This document shows, in pieces, positions 25,503 to 26,738 of a stretch of 26,738 nucleotides of DNA. The position numbers were made by a program, and so were the translations under genes. The notes beneath the pieces were generated by a model. The model ran no database searches, was not told the DNA's origin, and worked only from the letters and a program-made list of their open reading frames with translations. Source of the DNA: a virus (taxonomy: Duplodnaviria; Caudoviricetes); IMG/VR virus record IMGVR_UViG_3300021121_000028, positions 1 to 26,738 of that record; one strand, written 5' to 3'. The first letter of the stretch is position 1, and each line of letters begins with the position of its first letter.

Positions 25503-26063
25503 GTCTAATAGATTCATATGCACAACTACAAGATGTGCATAGGCCACAGCATGACTACGTTTAAAACTATAAGTTCCGTCTTCTTTATCCCAGATAGTTT
25601 CACTTATTTCTTTAAAGGGTCTACCAATCAAGTGCTTTTTAGCGGGTCTAATAGCTGCTAAAAACATAGCTAGTCTAGGAATACTATTGATAGGTTCTGG
25701 CATACGCTTAATAGACTGATAATGATTGCTTAAATGTATAAGTTTTTCTACAAAGATTGGATCATTTAATCTAGCCCAATTGGGTTCGCGCATTAATTCT
25801 AATAAATGTTCTTCGCTTTTAACTTGTTCATAAACATGCACATTCAACAAGTCTAGTTTAAAATATCCACGATCTTCTGCTTCTTTATAGTCTATCGATG
25901 CCATGTTATTTACAGAATCATAGGGTATTTCTGTAATATGCACACCTGTTGCATGTTTTCTAATTGGATCTACTTTACGCATACTGGCAGGGATATGTTT
26001 AATCTTTTCTAAGATTAAATCACGATTACCAAAGTCAATGTCTACGTCACTATCGATTCTCAT
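25482..26063 (-). CDS. Miniature DNA polymerase III alpha (DnaE)-like catalytic-core protein
   Basis: DVDIDF, KHATGV, GYFKLDLL, AAIRP and YSFKRSHAVAYA occur in DnaE order within 193 aa. Confidence 0.8.
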   Translation of the reverse strand: MRIDSDVDIDFGNRDLILEKIKHIPASMRKVDPIRKHATGVHITEIPYDSVNNMASIDYKEAEDRGYFKLDLLNVHVYEQVKSEEHLLELMREPNWARLNDPIFVEKLIHLSNHYQSIKRMPEPINSIPRLAMFLAAIRPAKKHLIGRPFKEISETIWDKEDGTYSFKRSHAVAYAHLVVVHMNLLDSGHTFN

Positions 26064-26620
26064 CGAGGTTGAACCAATCCTGCTTTCATTAATTTCATAT
26101 ATGCACGTTGCACAACAATTGCCTGATGTTCTGCGTCATCAACAGCCTTATGACTGGTAACGTGCTTTTCATCTTTAAGACTTACACCTGCAACTTCATA
26201 TAGTGTACGTGTGTCGCGCATAGTCCAAAAAGGCCAAGGTATGGGGTTTGGCTTGTCGCTTGTTTGTCGCCATGCATGTTCCATAACTACTAAGTCAAAT
26301 GGCGCGCCATTACTCCATACTGCTCTGCGATTCCAACAAAACTTGTAAAGAATTTCCATGCAATCTTTAAATGGTTGTCGATCACGATCACCCATAGCCT
26401 CTTCAATTGATTCGGGACTTTGTTCACCCCACCAACGTAGTGTGTCATCATTGATACTACGATTGTAGATTTCAGTTTGATCTTCAATTGTTGGTCGTAG
26501 TTCTAATCTTTCTGCGATACCATTGCCCTTAGGGTCAAAACGCACAGCACCGATAGTTAAGATAACACAATCAGGCGTTGTGTTCAAACTCTCAAGGTCA
26601 ATCATAATATCATTAGCCAT
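26060..26620 (-). CDS. DEDDh 3'-5' exonuclease (RNase AS / DnaQ-like)
   Basis: IMIDLESL (ExoI), SNGAPFD (ExoII), RDTRT and HKAVDDAEHQ (ExoIII). Confidence 0.88.
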   Translation of the reverse strand: MANDIMIDLESLNTTPDCVILTIGAVRFDPKGNGIAERLELRPTIEDQTEIYNRSINDDTLRWWGEQSPESIEEAMGDRDRQPFKDCMEILYKFCWNRRAVWSNGAPFDLVVMEHAWRQTSDKPNPIPWPFWTMRDTRTLYEVAGVSLKDEKHVTSHKAVDDAEHQAIVVQRAYMKLMKAGLVQPR

Positions 26621-26622
26621 GT

Positions 26623-26738
26623 TTATCCAAACTTTAATATAAAAAATATATATTTTTTCTCGTCAACAATTTCAAACTTATCTGTAATGTTGCCGTCTAA
26701 TATGTTCATTTTGAATCCGTAATTTTCTTTTACGTATT
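26623..26738 (-). CDS. 3' end of a small hypothetical protein (truncated by window edge)
   Basis: Open frame ..YVKENYGFKMNILDGNITDKFEIVDEKKYIFFILKFG* ends 2 nt before the exonuclease ATG. Confidence 0.6.
   Translation of the reverse strand, partial: YVKENYGFKMNILDGNITDKFEIVDEKKYIFFILKFG

Noticed and set aside
313-26487. Short nested or antisense ORFs (e.g. 313-588, 11938-12252, 22450-22830, 24063-24323, 26290-26487)
   Set aside because: They lie wholly or largely within well-supported genes, lack initiation signals and recognisable motifs, and are expected from codon bias.
1-26738. Stop-codon reassignment, introns or inteins
   Set aside because: Genes are full length in the standard code and TAA, TAG and TGA all end genes at tight junctions. 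Helicase and primase motifs are uninterrupted.

Overview
AT-rich, densely coded segment of a large T4-like (myovirus-type) dsDNA bacteriophage, read in the standard genetic code. Virion genes are neck/head-completion gp13- and gp14-like, gp15-like tail terminator, a repeat-containing tail fibre and other N/T/G-rich structural proteins. DNA-metabolism genes are dNMP kinase, MazG-like, NUDIX, PD-(D/E)XK exonuclease, primase, DnaB-like helicase, DEDDh exonuclease and a 193-aa miniature DnaE-like protein. There are also two homing endonuclease genes, one decayed remnant, and accessory genes (protein kinase-like, SGNH-like, glycosyltransferase-like). The least expected signal is regulatory. (i) Three near-consensus sigma70 promoters have their -10 box exactly 6 nt before the ATG, predicting leaderless mRNAs, and several TAAATA late promoters lie 4-5 nt before an ATG. 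(ii) A perfect sigma70 promoter drives an operon containing an unannotated 59-aa Rmf/CrpP-like protein coupled to MazG. (iii) Hairpins overlapping late promoters would hide the start site of late genes in early read-through transcripts. (iv) A three-hairpin GC-rich 5' leader precedes a structural gene. All calls come from motif recognition by eye; no database search or folding calculation was run.
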